Under the pieces are notes generated by a model, which saw only the letters and a program-made list of their open reading frames with translations, was not told the origin of the DNA and did no database searches. From Candidatus Moraniibacteriota bacterium (GTDB taxonomy: Bacteria; Patescibacteriota; Minisyncoccia; Moranbacterales; UBA1568), in the NCBI GenBank assembly GCA_963778555.1, contig CAVZUR010000004.1, forward strand, positions 101,112 to 165,111: a DNA stretch of 64,000 nt, in the 5' to 3' direction. Numbering within the stretch: position 1 is the stretch's first letter; each line of letters starts with the position of its first letter. Both the position numbers and the translations under genes were made by a program. Of the stretch, positions 9,061 through 21,831 are shown one piece after another.

Positions 9061-10578
9061 ATGGTACTGCCACTGCCCGTCCAGAATGCCAAGAAAACTA
9101 TCTACTACGACGGCAGCTGCCCGATGTGCACGAATTTTATCGCCCGAATCGATGCCTCTGAGGAAAAAGAACGATTCGCTCCCAAAGATATTAAGCGCGA
9201 GCCGCTGCCAAAGCTTTTCACACAGGAACAGGTGGAGAAGGAGATGCATGTCATCGATACAGACGGTCGCGTATACAAGAATGCGGACGCAATTCTCAAG
9301 ATTCTCGAGGAATACCCGCGTTGGAGGATACTCACCGTCATCGGTGGCTGGCCAATCATACGGCAGCTCCTCCCCTTCGGCTACAACTTCATCGCCGCTA
9401 ATCGTCATTTCCTCTTCGGTTCGGCCAGCCGGATATATTGGCTGAAAGTAGTCGTCGTTTCAGGTTTGATCGCTTCGCTCTTGCTTTCCGTCCGGCTCTG
9501 GACAGCCGGGAGATTTTTTCCGCACGTGCCGGTTTTCAAGAACCTACCTGCCATTCCCCCATCTCTTGAGACCGCTCTCTTCATACTCACCATCGGTCTC
9601 TTGACGCTGGTCCTCGTTTCCTCCCGTCCACGAAGATACATCTTTTGCGCGCTCACCCTCCTCGCCTTCTTTGCCCTCTTCGATCAGATGCGCTGGCAGC
9701 CGTGGTTCACGCTTTATTTTTGCTTGCTGATTCTGCTCGGTCTCTTCACTTGGCAGTTTAGGGATACAGAAAAACGGTTGGCTGTGCTCAACACCAGCCG
9801 ACTTGTTGTGGCGAGCGTCTATTTCTACAGCGGCTTACAGAAGGTGAATCTGGTTTTCATGAGCGTTGTCTTCCCCTGGATGGTCGAGCCGTTTGCAAAA
9901 TTCTTTCCTGGTCCACTCCACGTCCTCCCGATTCTACTTGGCGTCGCCATACCTTTTTTGGAGATGGGTATCGGTGTTGGACTCTTGACGAGACGATTCC
10001 GCTCTGCTGCAATGCTCTTGGCGATGGGAATGCTCGGTTTCGTTTTGCTTACGCTCGGACCATTCGGTCACAATTGGAACAGCGTCGTCTGGCCCTGGAA
10101 CATCGCGATGGCCTTATTCGTCATCATTCTCTTTTGGCGCACCGAAGATTTTTCTTTCCGCGATACGTTCGAAGTGAAGCATTTTCCCTTTCAAAAAGTA
10201 CTGTTCGTCTTTTTTGTCATCCTGCCGATGTTGAGCTTCTTCAATCTCTGGGATTCTTACCCTTCTTCGGAACTGTATTCCGAGGACAATAGCCAGAGCC
10301 CACTCTTCATCAGCGATGCGGTCCGACAGCAATTACCAGATACGGCGCAGCCGCACGTAATCCGAACCGGAACCGATAAATATGTCCTGGACTATTACCA
10401 TTGGTCGTTCAGCGAACTCAATGTTCCCATCTATCCCGAACCCCGGGTACTCAAAGGCATCGCGCGCGGCGTCTGCGCATATGCCAGCGATCCAGCCGAC
10501 GTCGTCCTCGTCGTCCAGGGGGAGCAGACCCCATTCAACCGAGACGCGTCCTCGACCTACCGCTGCTTCAATCTGTAA
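9061..10578 (+). CDS. DCC-family thiol-disulfide oxidoreductase (DUF393, YDGSCPMC) fused to a polytopic membrane domain (possibly HTTM-like)
   Basis: N-terminal IYYDGSCPMCTNFIARID motif followed by about 9 hydrophobic helices; intact 505 aa. Confidence 0.6.
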   Translation: MVLPLPVQNAKKTIYYDGSCPMCTNFIARIDASEEKERFAPKDIKREPLPKLFTQEQVEKEMHVIDTDGRVYKNADAILKILEEYPRWRILTVIGGWPIIRQLLPFGYNFIAANRHFLFGSASRIYWLKVVVVSGLIASLLLSVRLWTAGRFFPHVPVFKNLPAIPPSLETALFILTIGLLTLVLVSSRPRRYIFCALTLLAFFALFDQMRWQPWFTLYFCLLILLGLFTWQFRDTEKRLAVLNTSRLVVASVYFYSGLQKVNLVFMSVVFPWMVEPFAKFFPGPLHVLPILLGVAIPFLEMGIGVGLLTRRFRSAAMLLAMGMLGFVLLTLGPFGHNWNSVVWPWNIAMALFVIILFWRTEDFSFRDTFEVKHFPFQKVLFVFFVILPMLSFFNLWDSYPSSELYSEDNSQSPLFISDAVRQQLPDTAQPHVIRTGTDKYVLDYYHWSFSELNVPIYPEPRVLKGIARGVCAYASDPADVVLVVQGEQTPFNRDASSTYRCFNL

Positions 10579-10674
10579 ATTTATAACGCTTACGCTGTGG
10601 ACCTTGGGGGAAGCATCCTCACTTCGTGACGGAAACTCCTGACTCAGCAACCTTCACGCTAAAAAATCATTCTG

Positions 10675-10745
10675 TGGACCTGGGGAGAATCGAACTCCCG
10701 ACTCGGCAATGCGAATGCCGCGTAATACCACTTTACTACAGGCCC
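10675..10745 (-). tRNA. tRNA-Ala (anticodon CGC)
   Basis: Minus-strand read GGGCCTGTAGTAAAGTGGTATTACGCGGCATTCGCATTGCCGAGTCGGGAGTTCGATTCTCCCCAGGTCCA; G3:U70 Ala identity pair; anticodon loop TTCGCAT. Confidence 0.85.
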
Positions 10746-10823
10746 TTTCAGCTCAAAACTTAGCCAGTATACCGCCTTTTTTAATGAATGGGCAAGGCTG
10801 AGAAATGCTCTGATGCTGAGTAG

Positions 10824-11296
10824 TCACAAGCTTTCGACCGACCGGATATCCTGTTCCAGGACCGAGTCACCCTCACCGAAAAGAAACTTTGTTCGAAATT
10901 TTTTTCCATCCAGGAAAAGCGGTAGCCAATAGCGGTCATCCGGCCACATCTGGTCGTAATGGTATCGCGTCGACCGTGAAACCACTTTGGCTGCATCTCT
11001 TCCGTCTCTACTGGTTCCCCAGTGAAACTCGTGATGCGGAAGACATGCACCTCCAAAATCATGCCTCGCTCCTTTTCGAATTCGAATTCATGTATCCCCA
11101 CCGCTTCCATTCCTGTGATGGTGATGCCGCACTCTTCGGTCGTTTCGCGTTTCGCGGCGGATTCTACCGTCTCCCCGTCTTGGACTTTTCCACCGAAGCC
11201 GTTCCAGCGACCAGCGCCGAAACCGCGCTTCTTCATACCGAGCAGGATTTCGTCGTCACGAAGCGCTAGGGTGAGCGTCAGTAATTTCCTATTCAT
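10824..11296 (-). CDS. NUDIX hydrolase, MutT/NUDT1-like (8-oxo-dGTPase family), two frameshifts near the C-terminus
   Basis: Nudix box GGKVQDGETVESAAKRETTEECGI; C-terminal IPYDQMWPDDRYWLPLFLDGKKFRTKFLF is recovered only after two +1 shifts around 10960-10975. Confidence 0.8.
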
Positions 11297-11300
11297 AGCG

Positions 11301-12410
11301 CTAGTATATCATGACCGGCGTACCAATCGGCGCCCACTCGAACACGCGCCGCGCGGGACCCACGCCGAGCCGCATACAGCCGTGAGACACCGGCGTACCG
11401 AGATGATTCGCTCCCTCTTTGTAGCCGCCTGGCCATTCCGGCAGCTCATGGATGCCAAACTTCCCGTCCGGCGTAATGGCCTGCCAATAGGGCATGTACA
11501 GGCTGTACTGCTTGGACCAGGGACGTGCTGCTTTGTTGTGGATCGCAAAGTTTCCCTTGGGTGTTTCCATACCCCGCTTGCCGGACGAGATGATATAGGC
11601 ATCGACCGCCTGGCCATCCTCGAACAGTGTCATCACTTGGGTCGCGAGATTCACATCGATATATTTCCCCTCGCCTTGTTTGGCTTGCGTGAAACGCTTG
11701 GCTTCTTCGGCCCGAAGCGCAAGATTGCTGGCCGCCTGCGCCGGACGGGACGGCAGAGTGGTAAAGGCCACGGATCCGAGTGATTGATACTCCGCATCTT
11801 CATCGTTTCGGTAACGCGCCCGGATACTGAGTCGGTACGGCTTTCCGGGCTGGATAGCCTCCGACGGAAGAATCTCGAAAACGGTTTTTTCGGGATTGTT
11901 CTGGTAGACGACTGCAACCGACGGCTCAAATTGAAAGTCAATATAGAAATCCTTCACGGTACGGTCGAACGCCACTCGAATCGGATCCTCAACGCCGAGA
12001 ATCACGTCTTTCGCCTGATCGGACGGGAGTACTGAGACGAGTCGCGGCAGTTTCGGTCCGGCGAAGGCGAATGAAAATACCGGGGTACGGGCGAAGAGAC
12101 TGGTCCGCCCTTGCCCGATAACCGCTTGATATGTCGTATCCACCGTCCAGTTTCTCTCTGGCAGAATGACCAGCCGCTTCCCAAAATCGTGCCACTCGGT
12201 CCGAAACGGGATGGCTGGTGAGAGACTGATTTTTCCTGTCAAGCTCTGTTCCCGAATCGCTTTCGAGAAATCGATGACCAGCGCATCGCGCGGACCCGAC
12301 AATTCAGACGACTCCACCGCTGCCCTCACCGGCGCCTGCCGCCAATGCTCAAACGCTCCCCCGCCCAAAACAAACACCACGAGGACGAAAAAAAAGATGG
12401 ACCAGAACAA
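11301..12410 (-). CDS. L,D-transpeptidase (YkuD domain) with N-terminal TM anchor
   Basis: C-terminal catalytic motif PVSHGCMRL; intact 369 aa. Confidence 0.85.
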   Translation of the reverse strand: MFWSIFFFVLVVFVLGGGAFEHWRQAPVRAAVESSELSGPRDALVIDFSKAIREQSLTGKISLSPAIPFRTEWHDFGKRLVILPERNWTVDTTYQAVIGQGRTSLFARTPVFSFAFAGPKLPRLVSVLPSDQAKDVILGVEDPIRVAFDRTVKDFYIDFQFEPSVAVVYQNNPEKTVFEILPSEAIQPGKPYRLSIRARYRNDEDAEYQSLGSVAFTTLPSRPAQAASNLALRAEEAKRFTQAKQGEGKYIDVNLATQVMTLFEDGQAVDAYIISSGKRGMETPKGNFAIHNKAARPWSKQYSLYMPYWQAITPDGKFGIHELPEWPGGYKEGANHLGTPVSHGCMRLGVGPARRVFEWAPIGTPVMIY

Positions 12411-12436
12411 TACCGAGATTGAACGCGTGAGCGATC

Positions 12437-13021
12437 TTATACATGAAAAAGGGTTGTTTCGCGTTCTTTGAGCAAAGCGATCAGTTCATCAAAATAGGGT
12501 TGGATCTCAGGTGAGAGCGCGACCTTGTCTTTTTTATTCTCAAAGAGCATCTCAAGCGTTATGCCCTTCTCCTTCCAGGTCCGTCCGTTATCGAGATAGA
12601 TCTTCAGGATCGGCTCGATCTTGTCGAGCGCATACACGAAACGACTTTCCGCGTCAGCTTTCACTGTATAGGCCTGAATCGCCGCGTGCATATCGGGCAA
12701 TTCAGGAAATTCTTTTTGTAGCCGTTCAGCGGCCTGCCGTTCCCGCTCCGGCTTGCTCGCGAGTAACGCCGTATCCTTAGTATAGAGATAGGTATCGCCC
12801 GCGTACACTTCGACCAAATCATGCGCCAAGGCGTACCGCAGCACTTTTTCCCGCTCGAGCGAAAACTTCCCTACATCTAACACATACCAGGCCAGCATCG
12901 CCAGACTGTACGAATGCTCCACATCATTCTCCCATCGGTCTGAATTTTTCACCCTGATAACACGTTCCACTGCCTGCAGTTCAGCAAGCAATTTCGTAAA
13001 CGAAAGGAGTTTCTCCAGCAT
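12437..13021 (-). CDS. HD-domain phosphohydrolase (YfbR-like 5'-deoxynucleotidase family)
   Basis: H..DVEHS..LA and HDLVEVYAGD motifs. Confidence 0.8.
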   Translation of the reverse strand: MLEKLLSFTKLLAELQAVERVIRVKNSDRWENDVEHSYSLAMLAWYVLDVGKFSLEREKVLRYALAHDLVEVYAGDTYLYTKDTALLASKPERERQAAERLQKEFPELPDMHAAIQAYTVKADAESRFVYALDKIEPILKIYLDNGRTWKEKGITLEMLFENKKDKVALSPEIQPYFDELIALLKERETTLFHV

Positions 13022-13027
13022 AGAAAG

Positions 13028-13311
13028 CTACTCGATGGAAATAACCTGGATGCCGAGCCGATCGACCTCCTCTTTGGAATTGAAAGCGTAGATGTCTTCA
13101 AGTTTGAAGCGACTGACTTCGGTCACGCGCTTCTCAAGCTTTCTTCCGGTGTAGGTCTTCGCTTCCTTGTCCCATTCCCGGAGCAAGAGCGTATCGCCTT
13201 CGGCGATGTCAAAATCATTCAGTCGGAGCTCATACTTCTTCTTGCCCAACGCCACCCGGTCAAAATATTCTTTCCACAGTTTTTTCTCAACAACAGCCAT
13301 AGCATATAAAC

Positions 13312-13315
<4 letters not shown>
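13028..13315 (-). CDS. ASCH-like small protein (DUF3850 family)
   Basis: [49 protein letters not shown] resembles the DUF3850 consensus; the ATG overlaps the secA TGA (ATGA). Confidence 0.6.
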
Positions 13316-15966
<2,651 letters not shown>

Positions 15967-15974
15967 AGTCGAAA

Positions 15975-16006
15975 AATATGAAAAATGGCTTGAATAGAGC
16001 CATTTT
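15975..16006 (-). terminator. intrinsic terminator downstream of the hpf and small membrane gene pair
   Basis: Stem aaatggct/agccattt, followed on the minus strand by ttcatattttt. Confidence 0.5.
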
Positions 16007-16055
16007 ATCAGAGAGCCAGCCGAGCGTCAAAGGGCTTGGCTCCAATAATATTGGG

Positions 16056-16379
16056 TCAGCAACGTTGTCCAACAGTGTCGACCGGAAGGCTCCGCAGCCA
16101 CTGCTCTTCCATCGCGTGCAAGATACCACCGAGAAGGATGGCAACCATCAGGATGAGTCCGAAGCCATACGCTGCGAATCGAAACCGCCGGCGGAGCGAT
16201 TCAGACCGCATGAAGATTCGGAAAAGCTCGAGCGTCAGGGCGATAACCGCTGAAAAATAGACCGCCAGGTAGGCGCCCCGAACCGGGTAATCATACGGAT
16301 TCCACGGCGTACACGCCCAAGCGAATGATGGTGCAAGGATGAGAATCGAAACGCTCAGTGAACGGAGCGCGAATCGCAT
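16056..16379 (-). CDS. hypothetical small membrane protein (3 predicted TM helices)
   Basis: ORF with three hydrophobic segments; start trimmed to avoid overlap with hpf. Confidence 0.4.
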   Translation of the reverse strand: MRFALRSLSVSILILAPSFAWACTPWNPYDYPVRGAYLAVYFSAVIALTLELFRIFMRSESLRRRFRFAAYGFGLILMVAILLGGILHAMEEQWLRSLPVDTVGQRC

Positions 16380-16386
16380 ACGGGGG

Positions 16387-16734
16387 TTAAAATCGGGCGG
16401 CCTCATCGACGACGAGCTGTTTCTTGATGGACCGCAACCCGCGTCGCTTCAGGTCGCGGCTCTTTCCCCGGTTCTTCGCGAGCTGCGCTTCAAGCTCATC
16501 AATCGTGATGTCAACCGCGCCCTCGATGCTCTCCGACACTTCTTCGGCACGATACAGATTATGCGGCGTTCGGACCATCACCTCAACGCGGAATTTCCCT
16601 TTCTTGTCGCGGATGATTTCCACTTCGAACTGGGTCGCTGGATCGACGAGCTTCTCGATCCGCAACAAACGCTTCTCGATGTATTCGCTGGTCCGTGCAT
16701 CGATCTCGACCCCTTTTTGAAGAAACCGCGTCAT
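16387..16734 (-). CDS. hpf: ribosome hibernation promoting factor (HPF/RaiA, short form)
   Basis: MTRFLQKGVEIDARTSEYIEKRLLRIEKL...VEVMVRTPHNLYRAEE. Confidence 0.85.
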   Translation of the reverse strand: MTRFLQKGVEIDARTSEYIEKRLLRIEKLVDPATQFEVEIIRDKKGKFRVEVMVRTPHNLYRAEEVSESIEGAVDITIDELEAQLAKNRGKSRDLKRRGLRSIKKQLVVDEAARF

Positions 16735-16937
16735 AGGTTGAGGATTACGCATTACACTTCTATGCTATCACACCCCACAAGAAAGGCCTCACGACGTCTG
16801 AAAATTACCATCAAGTGTTCGTTTTTCCGTTTTAGCCTATTCCGACAGTCGGAGGAAGAAGTAGTGATTGGATATGATGTGAGTCACTTGGAAGTCGAAC
16901 TTCCAAGTTGGGGAATCGGCTGGCTAACATCTGGGAG

Positions 16938-19900
16938 CTAGCGGCCCTGGGCGTAGAGGGCTTTAATCTCGGCGGCGGTGAGGATGCGGCTGTAGAGCCG
17001 GACTTCGTCGATGGTGCCGTCGAAGAAGCGCGTCGAGGTCGAATAACTGATGGCGAAATTCTCGGCCACATCAGTCATCGCTGTTCCGACCGGTGTGGTC
17101 AGTTCCGTGATGGTTGGAGCGACAACGCCGTTGATATAGAAGACGGGGTCATTCGCTGCTGAGGAGTTGTTGTACGTGACACAGGCATGCGTCCAGGTGT
17201 TGAGCGGGGCAGTATTACTCGTTGCCAGCCAGTCCCCGTCCGTCGTGGAGAAATACCGAAGGAACTCAAGACGAATCCCTGGACCCGTACTGTTGTCGAT
17301 AAAGAACTCCCAACCATTCGTACTCGATGATTTCCGCATGATGTTATCGAAATCGGCAGCCGTCACTGTCTCGGGATAAATCCAGGCACAACTCGTGAGA
17401 TTGACGATATCATCCATATTGGTGCCTGAGCCAGCCAATATATGATCATTCGTCCCATCAAAATTCACCCCCTGTCCGAGCTTCCCTGGAACCTTGAGCG
17501 GGCCATTGGTGAGGGTGCCCGTGTTCCTCGCTCCACTTCTGTCATACGCTGTCGTCGTGCTGTACATATCCTGGGCATTGAAGGACCAGTAGCCTTCAAG
17601 CGATGTATCGACGCCGGTGGGGGTAGTGAGGCGATAGAGGTTGGCGATCTCTTCCTGGAGAGAGCGCGGTCATACACCCGCGCTTCATCGAGGGAGCCAG
17701 CGAAGGGCACACCGTTGTCGGCTTCAGCGCCGAGACGGAAAGCCACCGCATTGGCCAGGGTGCCGATGTTTCCGATGGTGCCGGTATCGGTGGCGCCATT
17801 GGGAGCGCCATTGATGTAAAGCTCGGTCCCAGTCGCGGAGTCTTGATCCCAAACGAAGGCGAAGTGATTCCAACCCGCAGCGGTGAAGGTAGAGGCTGAA
17901 GTGACGGAGTACTCATCGACCGCATCCGAGACTTCGCAGATGAGGGCGTCGGCGGCGGAGATGTAGCAGAGATAGCCGGTATCAGCGGCGGTGATGCCGT
18001 TTCGTTTGGCGATGATGGTATCGTCGGTGGTGAAGGTAGAGCGGTTGAACCAGCCCGTCAGGGTGAAGTCTTCAGTATCGGCGAAGTCAAGAGTGGCCGT
18101 ATCGGCCGTGGTGGCATAGTCATCGGTGCCGTCAAAGGTGATGCCTGAGCCAATCTGTCCGGTGGTCCAGGTGGGGCCATTGGTGAGGGTGAGGGAAGCG
18201 ATGGCGTTGGTGGAGGAGTCAGCGGCGGCGGTACCGGTGTTCTCGTCGAGGGTGAAGTAGGCGGTGAGGCCAGAGTCGAGACGGCCGGTGCCTTGGGATT
18301 GGGAGACAGAGGAGTTCACCTTGTCGGGAGCGCTCTGGTCATACAGGGATTTGATCTCGGCAGCAGAGAGAAAACGATTGTAGACGCGGACTTCGTCGAT
18401 TTCACCGTCAAAGAACTCTGCCGCGGCAGTTTCAATGGCGCCGATACGAAAGCTCGAGGAAGCATCGGCAGGCGAAGTACCGACCGGCGTACTGTGTTCC
18501 AGCACCGGTACGGAAACACCGTTAATGAAAAAGGTTGGGTCATTGGCGACGGATGAATCATTGTATTCCACACAGACATGCGACCAGGCATTCAGCGGGA
18601 CCGCGTCATCGGGTGCAGCCCAGCGGCCGATAGTCGTCCCGAAGCCGACCCATAATTGCAGCCGATTCGGGCTGACAGTATCGCTGAATTCGAAAGTCCC
18701 ACCCCGTCCCAGCATCATCCTTGGACATGATATTGGCGTACGTGGCCGGTATCGAATCCGGATGAATCCAGGCGCAGGCGGTCAAGTTGGCGATATCGTC
18801 GAGACTCGTCCCTGAGCCAGCATTCACATAGTCTGCCGTCCCATCGAAATCAAGTGCTTGGCCGAGTCTGCCCGGTACCTTGGGCGGAGCGCTGACCAGT
18901 GTCCCCGTATTCCTCGCTCCGCTTCTGTCATACGCCGTCGTCGTGCTGTACATATCCTGCGCATTGAAGGACCAGTAGCCTTTCAAGCGCCGTATCGACA
19001 CCCGTCGGGGTACGGAGGCGGTAGAGATTGGCGAACTTCTTCGGCCGAGAGGAGCGCGGTCATAGACTCGGGTTTCATCGAGCGGAGCCAGTCGAAGGCA
19101 AACGGTTGTCGGCTTCAGCGCCGAGAGGAAAGCCACGCATTGGAAGGGTTCAGCCGCATCAGTATCCGACGGTGCCGGTATCGGTGTGCGTGCATTCGGT
19201 CAAGCGCCATTGAGGTAAAGCATCGGTATACAGTCACCGGAGTCTTGATCCCAGACGAAGGCGAAGTGATTCGAACGCCACAGACATGGCTCCAGGTATT
19301 GAGGCTGAGGTGGCGCCGACGTACTCATCGAGCCGCCATCCGAGACTCGAAAAGATTTGAGAGCATCTCAGCTTGATTACTCGATAGCAGAGATAGCTGG
19401 TATTTAACGGCGATCATACTGTATCGGCTTTGGCAAGAATGATGGTCATCGTCGGCAGCGGTGAAGGTAGAGCGGATAGAACCAGGCACACGTCAGGGTG
19501 AAGTCGTCAGATTATCGCAAAGCAAGGTGGGCGTATCCGAAAGTGATGCATAGTCATCGGTCCCATCAAAGGTCATGCCGGAGCCAATCTGACCGGTCAT
19601 CCAGGTCGGGCCACGGTGAGGGTGAGGGAAGCGATGGCGTTGGTACTGGAGTCAGCCGCGGCGGTACCGGTGTTCTCGTCGAGGGCGAAGTAGGCGGTGA
19701 GGCCAGAGTCGAGACGGCCGGTGCCTTGGGATTGGGAGACAGAGGAGTTCACCTTGTCGGGAGCACTCGTGGTCATAGAGGGCTTTGATCTCGGCGGCGG
19801 AGAGGAGGCGATTATAAACACGGACTTCGTCGATGGAGCCGTCGAAGAATTCGCTGAGATAAGTGCGCCGATGACAAGATTGGCTGCAGCATCGACATGT

Positions 19901-21259
19901 TGCTGTCCCTACCGGCACGTAAATAGCTCCGTAAAACGATACAGACGACGCCATTCATATACAAAACCGGGTCGTTGGCCAGCCGAGGAATCATTGTAGG
20001 TGACGCAGACATGTTGACCAGGCATTGATGTGGTTATCCCCCAGTTGGCCGTGAGCCAATTCGCATTAGTTCGTGGTAAAACTTCAAAATAGTATCCAGA
20101 GCATTCCCGACTAGCCACATTGCCGTAATCTGAAATGACCAGCCACGCCGATCTTGAATTACTTGGCAGCAATTTGAGCCCGAGGTAATAGGAATTGACT
20201 GTCCGGATAGATCCAGGCGCAGAACGGATAGGTTCACTAGATCATCGATGATAGCGGCTGATCCCGCATTCACCATAATCAGCCGTTCCATCAAAATTAA
20301 GCGCTTGGCCAAGTTTGCCTGGCACTTTTGGCGGGCCGCTCGTCAAGCGTCCCCGTGTTCCTCGCTCCGCTTCTGTCATACGCCGTGGTCGTGCTGTACA
20401 TATCCTGGGCATTGAAGGACCAATAGCCTTTCAAGTCCCGTATCGACGCCGGTGGGGGTAGTGAGGCGATAGAGGTTGGCGATCTCTTCTCCTGAGAGAG
20501 CGCGGTCATACACCCGCGCTTCATCGAGGGAGCCAGCGAAGGGCACACCGTTGTCGGCTTCGGCGCCGAGACGGAAAGCCACCGCATTGGCCAGGGTGCC
20601 GATGTTTCCGATGGTGCCGGTATCGGTGGCGCCATTGGGAGCGCCATTGATGTAAAGCTCGGTCCCAGTCGCCGAGTCTTGATCCCAGACGAAGGCGAAG
20701 TGATTCCAACCCGCAGCGGTGAAGGTAGAGGCGGAAGTGACGGAGTACTCATCGTGGCATCCGAGACTTCGCAGATGAGGGCGTCGGCGGCGGAGATGTA
20801 GCAGAGATAGCCGGTATCAGCGGCGGTGATGCCGTTTCGTTTGGCGATGATGGTATCGTCGGTGGTGAAGGTAGAGCGGTTGAACCAGCCGGTCAGGGTG
20901 AAGTCTTCAGTATCAGCGAAGTCAAGGGTGGCCGTATCGGCCGTGGTGGCATAGTCATCGGTGCCGTCAAAGGTGATACCTGAGCCAATCTGTCCGGTGG
21001 TCCAGGTGGGGCCATTGGTGAGGGTGAGGGAAGCGATGGCGTTGGTGGAGGAGTCAGCGGCGGCGGTACCGGTGTTCTCGTCGAGGGTGAAGTAGCCGGT
21101 GAGGCCAGAGTCGAGACGGCCGGTGCCTTGGGGGGTGGCAATGGAGGTATTGGTTTGCTGTCCGGCCCGAGCGGAGAAATACCAATAGCCAGCCCCCAAC
21201 CCTAGGAGAATGGCGATAATCCCTAGCCACTGCCATGTACGGCCGCTAGTATATGTCAT
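16938..21259 (-). CDS. giant surface protein with N-terminal TM anchor and tandem LamG_3 / concanavalin-like lectin domains; reading frame broken many times, middle repeat degenerate
   Basis: N-terminus MTYTSGRTWQWLGIIAILLGLGAGYWYF; recurring FDG(S/E)IDEVRVYNRALSAAEIKALY LamG_3 signature at the end of each repeat; ORF fragments 20297-21373, 17465-18718, 16938-17567 plus many short ones. Confidence 0.6.
17470..21130. repeat. tandem direct repeat, period about 1.4 kb, about 2.6 copies (copy 1 about 17470-18860, copy 2 about 18860-20300, copy 3 about 20300-21130); copies 1 and 3 are near-identical over about 760 bp (17540-18297 vs 20375-21130), copy 2 is highly divergent
   Basis: Landmark ...gtcatacgc(t/c)gtcgtcgtgctgtacatatcctgggcattgaaggacca... 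recurs near 17541, 18926 and 20375; a long identical stretch accgttgtcggcttcagcgccgagacggaaagccaccgcattggccagggtgccgatgtttccgatggtgccgg occurs at about 17700 and about 20536. Confidence 0.8.
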
Positions 21260-21525
21260 AGAGCTAGACCCGTTAGAGACAGGAAGCGTTTCAATCGATT
21301 CTTTAGGTAGCGTTTTCCCATACCAGTCTTTAGGTACTTTTCTCGAGTGAAAGCATCGTGCACATCGATACAAGCTTCATAATAAATGATAGCAAATGGA
21401 CCTCGGCCGTTGGTAGATGATACTTTTCCAGCAGCATGCTCATTGAAACGCTTCCGCATGTCTTCGGTACAGCCGGTATACCATTTTCCATCCTTTTTGC
21501 TTTTGAGCACGTAGGTGTAAAACAT
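21256..21525 (-). CDS. GIY-YIG nuclease family protein
   Basis: MFYTYVLKSKKDGKWYTGCTEDMRKRFNEHAAGK GIY-YIG motif; the stop overlaps the ATG of the giant surface protein (ATGA). Confidence 0.75.
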   Translation of the reverse strand: MFYTYVLKSKKDGKWYTGCTEDMRKRFNEHAAGKVSSTNGRGPFAIIYYEACIDVHDAFTREKYLKTGMGKRYLKNRLKRFLSLTGLAL

Positions 21526-21831
21526 AGCTGTCTCTAACGGGGCGAGGCGATGGCGAGGGCGCCTAAGATGAGGCCGATGTATTGGTAGGTACGATACCGA
21601 GTGAGGGACATGTGAGGTGAGGGATGAGGGACTAGGGGTGGAGAACAAGAGAAACAGGTTCCCAAGCGAGGGAGTGTGTTGGTTCTAGTTTATCATCTTA
21701 TCGAGAACGCCACATCCTCCCCACCCCTCACTTTCCACTGTTTCGACGTATTCCCACGGTCGTAGGAATAATAGAGATTACATTTTGTATGAGTATGATG
21801 AAAAACTCAGAGCCCGGTCAAAAAAATCTAC

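Noticed and set aside
8720-9445. 241-aa plus-strand ORF overlapping the end of the GT-C-like gene and the start of the DCC gene
   Set aside because: It is out of frame with two well-supported genes and Ser/Arg-rich, so it is not called.
10579-10780. tRNA-flanking repeat considered as evidence of a resident prophage or integrative element
   Set aside because: The duplicated segments are only 60-175 bp apart and no integrase or cargo lies between them. They are recorded only as a possible excision scar.
17470-21130. Repetitive region considered as a possible CRISPR array or mobile element
   Set aside because: The period is about 1.4 kb and the repeats are protein-coding LamG-domain units, not short spacer-interspaced repeats. 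No cas, transposase or integrase genes are present.
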